A stretch of DNA of 64,000 nucleotides from Candidatus Doudnabacteria bacterium (lineage in GTDB: Bacteria > Patescibacteriota > Doudnabacteria > UBA920 > O2-02-FULL-48-8): positions 71,134 through 135,133 of the forward strand of contig JBDTSL010000002.1 of NCBI GenBank assembly GCA_039931165.1, read 5' to 3'. Made by a program: the position numbers and the translations under genes. Below the pieces are notes generated by a model. That model saw only the letters and a list, made by a program, of their open reading frames with translations. It had not been told where the DNA came from and searched no databases. Positions 9,180 through 18,070 of this stretch are shown here, piece by piece (the first letter of the stretch is position 1; each line of letters opens with the position of its first letter).

Positions 9180-9214
9180 GAGGTCCCATCGTCTAACGGT
9201 TAGGACGCCAGGTT
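9180..9214 (+). other. partial duplicate of tRNA-Glu 5' half (35 nt, up to anticodon position 35)
   Basis: ggtcccatcgtctaacggttaggacgccaggtttt is identical to 9511-9545; diverges after the anticodon-loop T-run. Confidence 0.8.
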
Positions 9215-9268
9215 TTTCCCGCGAAGCGGGACCACGCTTCGCGTGGCATCCTCCTTAATTTACAATGT

Positions 9269-9532
9269 ATGCATTATCTGTATATTCTCAAAAGCCAATC
9301 CAAAGATTGGTACTATGTAGGAATGACGGACAATCTAAAAAAACGACTAGCACAACATAATTTAGGAAAAACTAAATCAACCAAACCTTATAGGCCATTC
9401 AAGATAGTGTATACTGAAACCTATCAAAGCAAGACTGAATGTAGGAAGCGAGAGTTGTTTATAAAAAATAACCACGCTGCTAAACAAGCTATTGTAGAAA
9501 ACATGTATATGGTCCCATCGTCTAACGGTTAG
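9269..9532 (+). CDS. GIY-YIG nuclease superfamily protein (YhbQ/UPF0213-like)
   Basis: 87 aa; 'YLYILKSQSKDWYYVGMTDNLKKRLAQHNLGK' GIY-YIG motif plus conserved Arg/Glu. Last 7 codons (MVPSSNG) are encoded by the tRNA-Glu 5' end. Confidence 0.7.
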   Translation: MHYLYILKSQSKDWYYVGMTDNLKKRLAQHNLGKTKSTKPYRPFKIVYTETYQSKTECRKRELFIKNNHAAKQAIVENMYMVPSSNG

Positions 9533-9585
9533 GACGCCAGGTTTTCATCCTGGTAATCCGGGTTCGATTCCCGGTGGGATCACCA
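9511..9585 (+). tRNA. tRNA-Glu (anticodon UUC)
   Basis: Cloverleaf: acceptor ggtccca/tgggatc; D-loop tctaacggttagg; anticodon stem ccagg/cctgg with loop ttTTCat; T-arm ccgggttcgattcccgg; encoded CCA. Confidence 0.85.
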
Positions 9586-9691
9586 AAGAATTTTAAATGC
9601 AAACACAAACAACTACATCATCTTTGGGGCGCTGACCCCTGATTGCGGCTTGCATATCTTTCGTTTATAACAGGCCGGGCTTACGACAATC

Positions 9692-10609
9692 ATGAACATC
9701 TGGACTATTTTATTGACTGTGGCCGGACTTTGTTTGTTCGAGGTGGTTAACAGCATAGACAACGCGATCATCAATGCCGAAGTGCTGAGTACCATGAAAG
9801 AAAAAAGCCGGAAGTGGTTCCTGCTTTGGGGAATCCTGTTTGCCGTGTTTATCGTCCGCGGAATACTGCCGTGGCTGATAGTATTCGCGACCACTCCGTC
9901 TTTGGGCCTTCTTGGCTCTTTTGCAGCGACTTTCAGCAATGACCAGGCAGCCATAAGGGCCATAGAACAATCGACTCCGATCCTGTTTTTGGGCAGCGGC
10001 ACATTTTTGATCTTCCTTTTTTTTCACTGGCTGTTTCTGGAGCCAAAAACGGTCGGATTGCCGGGAGAATCTTTCTTCATAAGACAAGGCGCGTGGTTTT
10101 ACGCCCTGGTCTCGGTAATTCTGACCGGCATCGTCTGGCTGGCTCTGAAACAAAACCCCCTTGCCGCCTTCGGCGCTGTGGTCGGCTCCACCGCGTTTTT
10201 CATTACCCACGGATTTAAGGAAAACGCCGAGCAGGCGGAAAAAAAACTGATGAAAGGCGGAATGTCAGATACCGCCAAGATCATGTATTTGGAAGTCATC
10301 GACACGACATTTTCGATCGACGGGATCTTGGGCGCGTTCGCATTTACCCTCTCGGTTCCTTTGATCGTTCTGGGAAACGGGTTGGGCGCTTTTGTGGTGC
10401 GGCAAATGACCGTGGGCAACATAGAAAAGATCAAACAGTACCGTTATCTGAAGAATGGCGCGATGTATTCGATACTGGTCTTGGGCACGATAATGCTCCT
10501 GGACGGATTCGGGATTCACTCTGCCCCGTGGGTTTCTCCGGTCATAACTTTTGCGATCATCAGTTATTTCTTTTTTAAATCAAAACAATTGATAAAGCCG
10601 GCCCAATAG
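9692..10609 (+). CDS. TerC/DUF475-like integral membrane protein
   Basis: 305 aa, about 8 TM segments; 'NSIDNAIINAEVL' resembles the TerC-family (E/S)xDNAxx motif. Confidence 0.5.
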   Translation: MNIWTILLTVAGLCLFEVVNSIDNAIINAEVLSTMKEKSRKWFLLWGILFAVFIVRGILPWLIVFATTPSLGLLGSFAATFSNDQAAIRAIEQSTPILFLGSGTFLIFLFFHWLFLEPKTVGLPGESFFIRQGAWFYALVSVILTGIVWLALKQNPLAAFGAVVGSTAFFITHGFKENAEQAEKKLMKGGMSDTAKIMYLEVIDTTFSIDGILGAFAFTLSVPLIVLGNGLGAFVVRQMTVGNIEKIKQYRYLKNGAMYSILVLGTIMLLDGFGIHSAPWVSPVITFAIISYFFFKSKQLIKPAQ

Positions 10610-10613
10610 GCAC

Positions 10614-10639
10614 TTAGTCATGAGCATGCTCATGACTAA
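10614..10639. repeat. perfect 26-bp palindrome
   Basis: ttagtcatgagca|tgctcatgactaa, between two convergent genes; followed by a second 16-bp palindrome agttgatttatcaact. Confidence 0.8.
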
Positions 10640-10676
10640 ACTAAGTAGTGTAGTCAGTTGATTTATCAACTCCGGC

Positions 10677-10709
10677 AGAAAAAACCGCCTCGTTTATCGA
10701 GGCGGTTTT
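10677..10709. terminator. bidirectional rho-independent terminator
   Basis: aaaaccgcctcg ttta tcgaggcggtttt: A-run, 10-bp stem, T-run. Confidence 0.75.
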
Positions 10710-10724
10710 AAGTACGCTATAAAT

Positions 10725-11924
10725 TTAGAGAGAACTCAACGCGTCCGGTTTGACCTTGATTATTTTATCATCGCCCGAACGAACTGTTCCCCGTCCGTCT
10801 CGGTTGGATGTCGTGATATACAAATATCCGTCAGGTCCCAAAACCACAGCGCGTAAACGGCCATACGTCCCTTTCAGGTGTCCCACGAAAGCTGCGATCT
10901 TGCCATCCGAGCCCAATTTCGCTTCATAAAGAGCGGAGCCTTTCAACCCGCCAAAGAACAGGCTGTGATTGACATAAACAATTCCTCCCGGCGCCCAAAT
11001 GCTCCTGCCGGAATGTTTTATCGGTCCCACGGTTCCGGCTGCTACATTATCGCCGACGCTGTTTGGCCATCCGTAATTTTTCCCTTTTTCTATCAGATTT
11101 AATTCATCCTGACAGCAGTTGGGCCAAGTTGCTGAAGGACCGTGTTCCGTCTCCCACATCCGGCCCCTGTCGTCCCAGACAATCCCTTGCGGGTTGCGGT
11201 GGCCGTATGACCAGACCGCGGTTCCGAACGGATTATTCGCCGGGATCGCGCCGTCGGCTGTTAAGCGCAAAATTTTGCCGTTCAAAGAATTCAAGTCCTG
11301 GGCTGAATTCGGATTTTGCGCGTCGCCTGTGGTGATATAGAGCATACCATCGGGCCCAAAAGCCATCCGTCCGCCGTCGTGATAAATGGATGAAGCAATA
11401 TTCCCGATAATGACCTTGTCTTCAGTAAGCTTGTCGCCATTTAGCTTGAACCGGACGATCTGGTTCGTTTTGCCCGTGGTAGTATAGAATAAATAGATCA
11501 AAGAATTTTGCTCAAACTGCGGATGCAGGACCATGCCCATTAGTCCCCCTTCACCCACGTGCGCTACCGAAGGAATTGTTATGGTCGCCGGATGCGCGCC
11601 AATGCGCCTGATCGCTCCAGTCCGCTGAGTGACCATCATATCTCCCCCTGGCAGGAACACAATGTCCCAAGGAACATTCAGTCCGGTTGCCACAACCTGA
11701 ACCGGCCGAGCAGGCACGGGTGGTTTAACAACCGGCGGGGCTGATTGCGGAGATGTAGCGGAAGCGGTGGTCGGTTGAACGGGATCAGGCTGTTGGCCGG
11801 CAGGGACCGGTTGCATGGCTGTCTGGTTACAGCTGGCCGCAGTCAGTAAAACTAAGCCGGCGAGTAAAATAATTTTTTTTCCGGCGAAGCCGGATCCCGC
11901 TGGGCGGGACATTTTTATATTCAT
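10725..11924 (-). CDS. PQQ-dependent sugar (glucose/sorbosone) dehydrogenase family beta-propeller protein, secreted
   Basis: 399 aa; signal peptide/lipobox 'LLTAASC'; Pro-rich linker; 'GLNVPWDIVFLPGGDMMVTQRTG.IRRI' and 'HDGGRMAFGPDGMLYITTGD', 'YGWP' motifs of the soluble GDH/SGDH family. Confidence 0.75.
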   Translation of the reverse strand: MNIKMSRPAGSGFAGKKIILLAGLVLLTAASCNQTAMQPVPAGQQPDPVQPTTASATSPQSAPPVVKPPVPARPVQVVATGLNVPWDIVFLPGGDMMVTQRTGAIRRIGAHPATITIPSVAHVGEGGLMGMVLHPQFEQNSLIYLFYTTTGKTNQIVRFKLNGDKLTEDKVIIGNIASSIYHDGGRMAFGPDGMLYITTGDAQNPNSAQDLNSLNGKILRLTADGAIPANNPFGTAVWSYGHRNPQGIVWDDRGRMWETEHGPSATWPNCCQDELNLIEKGKNYGWPNSVGDNVAAGTVGPIKHSGRSIWAPGGIVYVNHSLFFGGLKGSALYEAKLGSDGKIAAFVGHLKGTYGRLRAVVLGPDGYLYITTSNRDGRGTVRSGDDKIIKVKPDALSSL

Positions 11925-11955
11925 GTAGTTTGATTATAGCAAGAATGGCTTTGAT

Positions 11956-13944
11956 TTAGAAACCATAGGCTCTGAAATCCGTTTCGTTGATATTGTGGAT
12001 CGAATCGGGATTCAATCCGAGAGTTGGAAGAGAATTGAATATCCCTACATTCCTTTTGCCACTGATAGAATATACGCTACCGTCTTGCGGGCGCATGATC
12101 AGGTCAGTAGCGGGAAAGTATGCCAATTCAGCTTGGTTAATAGTAACGATATCCGAGGCATGCCATCCGTAAGAATTAAAAACTTCCAGGCTGACGATGC
12201 CCCGCCTAGAACCGAGGTTATTCAAGACATATACCTCATCGTTGCCCGGCACGAGGACCAAAGAAGCCGAAGGAATCACATCCACAATGCTCTGCGGTAG
12301 GTCATAAACGGCGTCCAACGGAAAGGCCAGAGAACCTACCGTCGTTTTGGGGTCCACCGGAAGTTTTTTGTTGTTTTGGATGACATACACTATTTTATCT
12401 GCCATGCCGCGGATGAGCATTCCGTCAGGGTATTGATTTTGAGGACCGGCATAGGCCGAAGCCGAGGCCAGAACTTTCATATAACTATTCTGGACATCCA
12501 GTTGTACCAGGACAACACTGGAATTGTTGTCATACCGCCCCTCAATAAAATGCTGGCGTGGATCGACGTTGAACGACAGGCGGTAAACGCCGCTTGGCAT
12601 ATCAGTAATGTCAATAAATTGATCGGGCAGGGAATATAAATACACATCCGCCCACCCCACCGACACGCCTTGCCGACCTTTGTTGCATGTTGTAAAAAAT
12701 TTTTTTCTTGACGCGCCATTCAAGCTCAGATTCACTGCCAGGTCGTCGCGCATGCAGAACGTCGTTTTTTGCCTAACCTCGGGAGGGATGATTAACGGGG
12801 CCTGGTCCGTTACCGGCTTTACCGGCTCGAGGACATAATCGGCAAAGTCACTGAAATGAAAATGCAAGTGTGCCTGATGCCACAAAAAATTCCCCACTAC
12901 CTTGTCGCGGATATTGCCGCTAGGATCGATAATGTGCTGAAACGATTCCAAATATATGTCACCTTTAACTTTCGCAAGCGTGGGATCCGTGATCAGGTCC
13001 AGCCTGCCGTTTCCCTGGTTCCAAAAATTGGAAGTAAATCCCAGAATAGTCCGGCCGCTTCTGGTAGCCAAATAAACATCCTGCATCGGAAACGGAACCA
13101 GATCAGGCAAAGCATTCTCTTCCCCCGGAAACAACAATCTGGTGGTCAGCTCAGTGATCTGTTCTGCTTCCTGATAACGGTCCAGGACGGTGCTTGATAC
13201 CGATACCACATTTGTCCAACGGAAACCCTGTACCCGGAACGCCTCCGGTGAAAGTATCCAACGTTTCATCCCGTTCAGAATATAATATACTTTTGGATCA
13301 GAAATGGCCTGGACCAAAGTTCCGTCAGTTAAAATTGCCGAATCCGGCAGAACTTTTCTGTTGATAACCGAACCGGCAACATTTCCATTTGAAACAGCAG
13401 CCGTGTCTTTATAATTCAGCGGGTCCAGATCAGGCAAAGCCAAATCCGCGCCATTTGCAGGCACCACGCTGTTCGTTTGCCAATTCCAGGAATTAAAAAC
13501 CTTAATATCCGGAATTAACTGCTTTCCATTGTTAACAACTTTAAATATAGCAGGGCCGATTTTTATCAATGCCCCTGGCGGGTGGGGCAGATCTTCCGAA
13601 ATCACCGGCTGGCCAGCCGGATAATCAGATAGGTTCGCTTTTACTGTCTGTGAAAATTTGTACCCCAGACCGGTAAACACTTCCGGGCTTACAAATCCGC
13701 GCTTTATGCCGGAATCAATAATGTATATTGTCCCATGATTATCGGACGTATCAAGTACAAGAATCCCATCGGCCAACAGGGTATCTGCTATGGCGCTCGC
13801 GGCTAAGGGCGCAATTCCAATTGCCAGTACCAGCAAAAAAGAACCGAACATGATACTGATTCGGTTTTGCAAAAGTAATGCTATAATTGGCTTCTCAAGG
13901 CTTGAAGAAGGGTGGCTCATCGCTTTTTGTTTTGGGTTCTGCAA
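11956..13944 (-). CDS. secreted lysyl oxidase-like copper amine oxidase domain protein with flanking ~45-aa repeats
   Basis: 662 aa. Residues ~350-475 'WHQAHLHFHFSDFADY...RQKTTFCMRDD...GWADVYLYSLPDQFIDITDMPSGVYRLSFNVDP...YDNNSS' align with the LOX catalytic domain (WEWHSCHQHYHSMDEFSHY...GHKASFCLEDT...[20 protein letters not shown]...SDYSNN). His triad, LTQ Lys and Tyr are conserved. Signal peptide from Met32. At least 5 copies of a motif 'hYhI.nG.KR.I.S.E.F...G(Y/F/W)....V..V....L..Y'. Confidence 0.7.
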   Translation of the reverse strand: MQNPKQKAMSHPSSSLEKPIIALLLQNRISIMFGSFLLVLAIGIAPLAASAIADTLLADGILVLDTSDNHGTIYIIDSGIKRGFVSPEVFTGLGYKFSQTVKANLSDYPAGQPVISEDLPHPPGALIKIGPAIFKVVNNGKQLIPDIKVFNSWNWQTNSVVPANGADLALPDLDPLNYKDTAAVSNGNVAGSVINRKVLPDSAILTDGTLVQAISDPKVYYILNGMKRWILSPEAFRVQGFRWTNVVSVSSTVLDRYQEAEQITELTTRLLFPGEENALPDLVPFPMQDVYLATRSGRTILGFTSNFWNQGNGRLDLITDPTLAKVKGDIYLESFQHIIDPSGNIRDKVVGNFLWHQAHLHFHFSDFADYVLEPVKPVTDQAPLIIPPEVRQKTTFCMRDDLAVNLSLNGASRKKFFTTCNKGRQGVSVGWADVYLYSLPDQFIDITDMPSGVYRLSFNVDPRQHFIEGRYDNNSSVVLVQLDVQNSYMKVLASASAYAGPQNQYPDGMLIRGMADKIVYVIQNNKKLPVDPKTTVGSLAFPLDAVYDLPQSIVDVIPSASLVLVPGNDEVYVLNNLGSRRGIVSLEVFNSYGWHASDIVTINQAELAYFPATDLIMRPQDGSVYSISGKRNVGIFNSLPTLGLNPDSIHNINETDFRAYGF

Positions 13945-13980
13945 GATTTCACTATGTTCTTATTATAGCATAAAATAAAG

Positions 13981-14029
13981 AGAATAGCAAATATAATGAG
14001 TTGACAAATCCTCTGAAATATGCTATTCT
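13981..14029. promoter_or_regulatory. 9-bp inverted repeat AGAATAGCA...TGCTATTCT flanking a TTGACA hexamer in a divergent promoter region
   Basis: agaatagcaaatataatgagttgacaaatcctctgaaatatgctattct between the divergently transcribed LOX-like gene and the M23 peptidase gene. Confidence 0.45.
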
Positions 14030-14069
14030 TTAAAGTTACTAGAGAAAGCATTACTTACAGGCTTAATAT

Positions 14070-14780
14070 ATGTTTAAAAAAGTTATCTTAATTATCGGCG
14101 TCATTCTGCTCACTCTGGGGCTTAATTTCTTATTTGCCAAAGAGCGTATTTCTGTTGCCCAAAACTCTGCGCAAAAGCCGGCCATAGCCGGGATATCAAC
14201 CACTACGTCAATACGAGGAGGGGTTGAGCCGCAAATAGCCGGGATCTCAACGACCGAAAACTCAGAGGCGACTGCCGCTCCGATTTTCACGGCTCCTATC
14301 AGCAATGCTTTGGCGAGGATAACAGCAAAACCACTCGGTATTTACATAACGCCCGAAACTTCCCCTGTTCCGGATGATATCTTTACCGGTTTCCACGCGG
14401 GCGTGGATTTTGAAATCACAGCGGCCGAACAAAATATAGACGTGCCTATCATGGCGATCTGCACCGGCAAATTAAGAACCAAGGAATGGGCGAAAGGATA
14501 CGGCGGTGTCGCGGTGCAGGATTGTATTTTGGACAACCAGCCTGTGACTATAATTTACGGCCACATGAAACTTGATAGCATCATTGCCATTGAAGGAGCA
14601 GAACTTAAGCAAGGTGATACACTGGGAATATTGGGCCAAGGATTTACTTCTGAAACCGACGGCAGACGAAAACATCTTCATTTAGGGATCCATAAAGGCA
14701 ACGGTCCCAGCATCTTGGGTTATGTCCCGGCCAAGCAAGATCTGGCAGAATATATTGATATCACAAATTATTTGAAATAA
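14070..14780 (+). CDS. M23 family metallopeptidase (LytM-like)
   Basis: 236 aa; N-terminal TM anchor; 'FHAGVDF' (HxxxD) and 'KHLHLGIH' (HxH) zinc motifs. Confidence 0.8.
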   Translation: MFKKVILIIGVILLTLGLNFLFAKERISVAQNSAQKPAIAGISTTTSIRGGVEPQIAGISTTENSEATAAPIFTAPISNALARITAKPLGIYITPETSPVPDDIFTGFHAGVDFEITAAEQNIDVPIMAICTGKLRTKEWAKGYGGVAVQDCILDNQPVTIIYGHMKLDSIIAIEGAELKQGDTLGILGQGFTSETDGRRKHLHLGIHKGNGPSILGYVPAKQDLAEYIDITNYLK

Positions 14781-14848
14781 AAAAACGTCTTCGCGACCGC
14801 CAAGTGTTATACTTTCAAAGCGGTCGCTCGCAAAGACAAAATATACTT

Positions 14849-15865
14849 ATGACAATCCTTGCAATAGAAACCAGCTGCGACGAAACTGCGGCTGCGGTGA
14901 TCACCGACGGAAAAATCAGATCCAGCATTATCGCTTCACAAGCGCTCAAGCTTCATGCCAAATACGGCGGTGTAGTGCCGGAAGTGGCGGCCAGAAGCCA
15001 CGTCACTGCGATCATACCTGTGATAGACCTGGCCTTGAAACAATCAAAAACAAAATTGACCGACATTGATTATATTGCGGTTACCCAAGGCCCGGGATTG
15101 GCCACGTCTTTAATGGTGGGTGTGGACACGGCCAAAGGGCTGGGAGCGGCGCTGAATATTCCCGTGATTCCGATCAACCATCTGGAGGGTCATATATATG
15201 CCAATTTTGTCGGCGCTGAGCGCTCAGCTCTGAGCGCTCAAACCTTCCCTGCACTTATTCTTACCGTTTCCGGAGGCCACACCCAGCTGGTTGAAATGAA
15301 AGGACATGGAAAGTACCGCATCCTGGGCGAAACAGTGGATGATGCCGCCGGCGAAGCTTTTGATAAGATCGCCAGAATGCTGGGACTCGGGTATCCCGGG
15401 GGCCCGCAATTGAGCCTGCTTGCCAAAAAAGGAGATCCAAAAGCATTTAATTTTCCCCGCCCCATGATCAATTCGGGTAATTTTAATTTTAGTTTTTCCG
15501 GCCTTAAGACAGCCGTTCTCTACAAGCTTAAGGAACTATCACCTACAACCTACAACCTAAAACCTAACATCGCCGCATCTACACAACAGGCGATCGTGGA
15601 CGTTCTGATCTCCAAACTGGAAAAAGCAATTATCCGATATAAGCCGAAAACCATCATGCTCGGCGGCGGAGTGGCAGCGAACGAATTACTTAGAAAAAGA
15701 TTTAAATTATTATCTATCAACTATCATCTCTCGTCTATTATTCCTGAGCTCAAGTACTGCACGGACAATGCGGCCATGATCGGCTTGGCGGCTTTTTACA
15801 GGATCGAACACAAAAATTTTCAGGCAAAAAACTTCTCCGTAAACCCAAATCTTGTGCTAAAATAA
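14849..15865 (+). CDS. tsaD: tRNA N6-adenosine threonylcarbamoyltransferase TsaD (Kae1/Gcp)
   Basis: 'ILAIETSCDETAAAVI', 'GGVVPEVAARSHV', 'GGGVAANELLR'. Probable start at the Met of MTILAIE (14849); the listed ORF begins 45 nt upstream. Confidence 0.85.
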   Translation: MTILAIETSCDETAAAVITDGKIRSSIIASQALKLHAKYGGVVPEVAARSHVTAIIPVIDLALKQSKTKLTDIDYIAVTQGPGLATSLMVGVDTAKGLGAALNIPVIPINHLEGHIYANFVGAERSALSAQTFPALILTVSGGHTQLVEMKGHGKYRILGETVDDAAGEAFDKIARMLGLGYPGGPQLSLLAKKGDPKAFNFPRPMINSGNFNFSFSGLKTAVLYKLKELSPTTYNLKPNIAASTQQAIVDVLISKLEKAIIRYKPKTIMLGGGVAANELLRKRFKLLSINYHLSSIIPELKYCTDNAAMIGLAAFYRIEHKNFQAKNFSVNPNLVLK

Positions 15866-15871
15866 TCAAGT

Positions 15872-18022
15872 ATGAAAGACATTCCGACACACTACGACCA
15901 GTCAAAAGAATCCGAGATTTACAAGCTCTGGGAAGAGTCGGGTTATTTCAATCCCGATAATTTAACCGGCGAACCGTTCACGATCATTATGCCGCCCCTG
16001 AATGCCAATGCGCCGCCGCATGTCGGGCATGCCCTGGGCCTGACTTTGGAAGACATCATGATCCGCTACCAGCGCATGCTGGGCAAAAAAACCTTATGGC
16101 TACCGGGCACTGATCACGCGGGGCTTGAAACGCAGGTCGTGTTCGAAAAAAAACTGGAAAAAGAAGGACGTTCGCGGTTTCAGATGACGCGGGAGGAATT
16201 TTACAAAGAAGTCTGGGATTTCGTCCAGCTCAACAAACACATTACCGAAGAAGGCATCCGCCGCCTGGGAGCGTCTTGCGACTGGTCACGCAACACCTTT
16301 ACTCTCGACCCCAAAATTGTGGAAATAGTTTACGATACGTTCCGGCAAATGCATTCTGTCGGCCTGATCTACCGCGGCAACCGGATATGCAACTGGTGCG
16401 TTAAGCATCAGACCAATCTCGCTGACCTCGAAACCAAATACATAGAACGGACAGATCCGCTGTATTACATCAAATACGGGCCGTTTGTGCTGGCTACTGT
16501 AAGACCCGAAACCAAATTTGGCGATACAGCATTGGCGGTTAATCCCAAAGACCTCCGGTACAAAAAATATATTGGACAAGAAATTGAAGCCATGGGATTA
16601 CTGGGTCCGATTAAGCTTAAGGTCATAGCGGACGAGGCTGTGGACCAGGAGTTCGGCACAGGTGTTGTGAAAGTAACTCCTGCTCACGACCCGGCCGACT
16701 ACGAAATCTGGATGCGGCACAAAGATGAAATTCCAGGACCCAAGCAGGTCATTGATTCCCGCGGCAAAATGGACCTGCCTGGAACAAAATATCACGGGCT
16801 GAAAGTGGCCGAAGCGCGCAAGATCGTGACTGAAGATTTGCAGAAAGCAGGCTTGATCGAAAAAATTGACGAAAATTACAAGCATAACGTCCAGGTCTGC
16901 TACAAATGTGGCAACATCATCGAACCGCTGATCATGCCTCAATGGTATATGGCAATGACCAAAAAGTTTAGAGTTGGGAGTTTAGGGTTGGGAGATAATC
17001 TCAAATCTAAAAACTCAAATCTCCAATCTCTTCGCGATATGGGAGTAGAGGCCGTAAAAAATGGTGGGACCAAAATCATGCCGGAAAGACTTGAAAAGGT
17101 CTTCATGCATTGGATGGAAAACATCCGCGACTGGCCGATCTCCAGAAAAACCTGGTGGGGCATTCCCATTCCGGTCTGGTATAAAGGAGATGAAATAAAA
17201 ATTTCTGAAACATCTCCGGGCGACGGTTGGACCCAAGATCCTGACACATTCGACACCTGGTTTTCGTCGGGCCAATGGCCTTATGCGACTTTAATGGTAC
17301 ACGGCGAAAAAGATTTTGAAACTTTTTATCCGACCCAAGTAATGGAAACGGGCTGGGACATCCTGTTCTTCTGGGTCGCGCGCATGATCATGTTCGGGCT
17401 ATATAAAACCGGCGAGGTCCCGTTTGAAACCGTGTACCTTCACGGTCTGGTGCGCGACAAAGACAAGCAAAAAATGAGCAAGTCCAAAGGCAACGTGGTT
17501 GACCCGCTTGGGGTAATCGACCAATTTGGCGTGGATGCTCTCCGTATGGCCCTGACTGTCGGCAATTTGCCGGGCAATGATCTGCCGTTATCCGAGGATA
17601 AGGTGCGCGGCTACCGCAACTTTGCCAACAAGATCTGGAACGCATCCCGGTTCGTGCTCCAAAATACGGAAGACTTTGATACAAAAACCAAATTAACTCC
17701 GGATGATCAAAAAATTCTCGGTGAACTGGCTGAACTTGTTAAAGATATCACCAAATTAATGGACAAATACGATTTTGCCCATGCTTCCGAAAATCTGTAC
17801 CATTATTTCTGGCACACCTTTGCCGATAAGATCATCGAAGAATCAAAAACCAAACTTGCCAGCCCGGGAACGAAAAAATCAACACAACTAATGCTGATAA
17901 CTGTGCTTGAAACCAGCCTGAAACTGCTTCACCCTTTTATGCCTTTTGTGACGGAAAGCGTCTGGCAGCAAACTCACAAGGATTTGCTGATAATCCAAAA
18001 ATGGCCAAAAGATTTGCATTAA
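15872..18022 (+). CDS. valS: valine--tRNA ligase (short form lacking C-terminal coiled coil)
   Basis: 716 aa class I aaRS; 'PPLNANAPPHVGHALG' HIGH region; editing 'TPAHDPADYE'; 'KMSKSKGN'. N-terminus resembles ValS rather than IleS/LeuS. Confidence 0.7.
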   Translation: MKDIPTHYDQSKESEIYKLWEESGYFNPDNLTGEPFTIIMPPLNANAPPHVGHALGLTLEDIMIRYQRMLGKKTLWLPGTDHAGLETQVVFEKKLEKEGRSRFQMTREEFYKEVWDFVQLNKHITEEGIRRLGASCDWSRNTFTLDPKIVEIVYDTFRQMHSVGLIYRGNRICNWCVKHQTNLADLETKYIERTDPLYYIKYGPFVLATVRPETKFGDTALAVNPKDLRYKKYIGQEIEAMGLLGPIKLKVIADEAVDQEFGTGVVKVTPAHDPADYEIWMRHKDEIPGPKQVIDSRGKMDLPGTKYHGLKVAEARKIVTEDLQKAGLIEKIDENYKHNVQVCYKCGNIIEPLIMPQWYMAMTKKFRVGSLGLGDNLKSKNSNLQSLRDMGVEAVKNGGTKIMPERLEKVFMHWMENIRDWPISRKTWWGIPIPVWYKGDEIKISETSPGDGWTQDPDTFDTWFSSGQWPYATLMVHGEKDFETFYPTQVMETGWDILFFWVARMIMFGLYKTGEVPFETVYLHGLVRDKDKQKMSKSKGNVVDPLGVIDQFGVDALRMALTVGNLPGNDLPLSEDKVRGYRNFANKIWNASRFVLQNTEDFDTKTKLTPDDQKILGELAELVKDITKLMDKYDFAHASENLYHYFWHTFADKIIEESKTKLASPGTKKSTQLMLITVLETSLKLLHPFMPFVTESVWQQTHKDLLIIQKWPKDLH

Positions 18023-18070
18023 AATTATATTAGCGCTAGCATTAAGATATATTAATTAAAGAAACTCACT

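Noticed and set aside
8986-9189. 67-aa minus-strand ORF
   Set aside because: It overlaps the terminator, promoter and family-1 structured element upstream of the tRNA fragment, and has no coding signal.
9180-9585. Group I intron inside tRNA-Glu
   Set aside because: The downstream tRNA copy is complete, including its own 5' half, so the intervening DNA is not spliced out of a single tRNA. A 5'-half duplication around an inserted element fits better.
15541-15570. acctacaacctacaacctaaaacct tandem repeat
   Set aside because: It lies inside the tsaD coding sequence, encoding a PTTYNLKPN linker. This is probably just a low-complexity coding repeat, although the 12-mer recurs at 33030.
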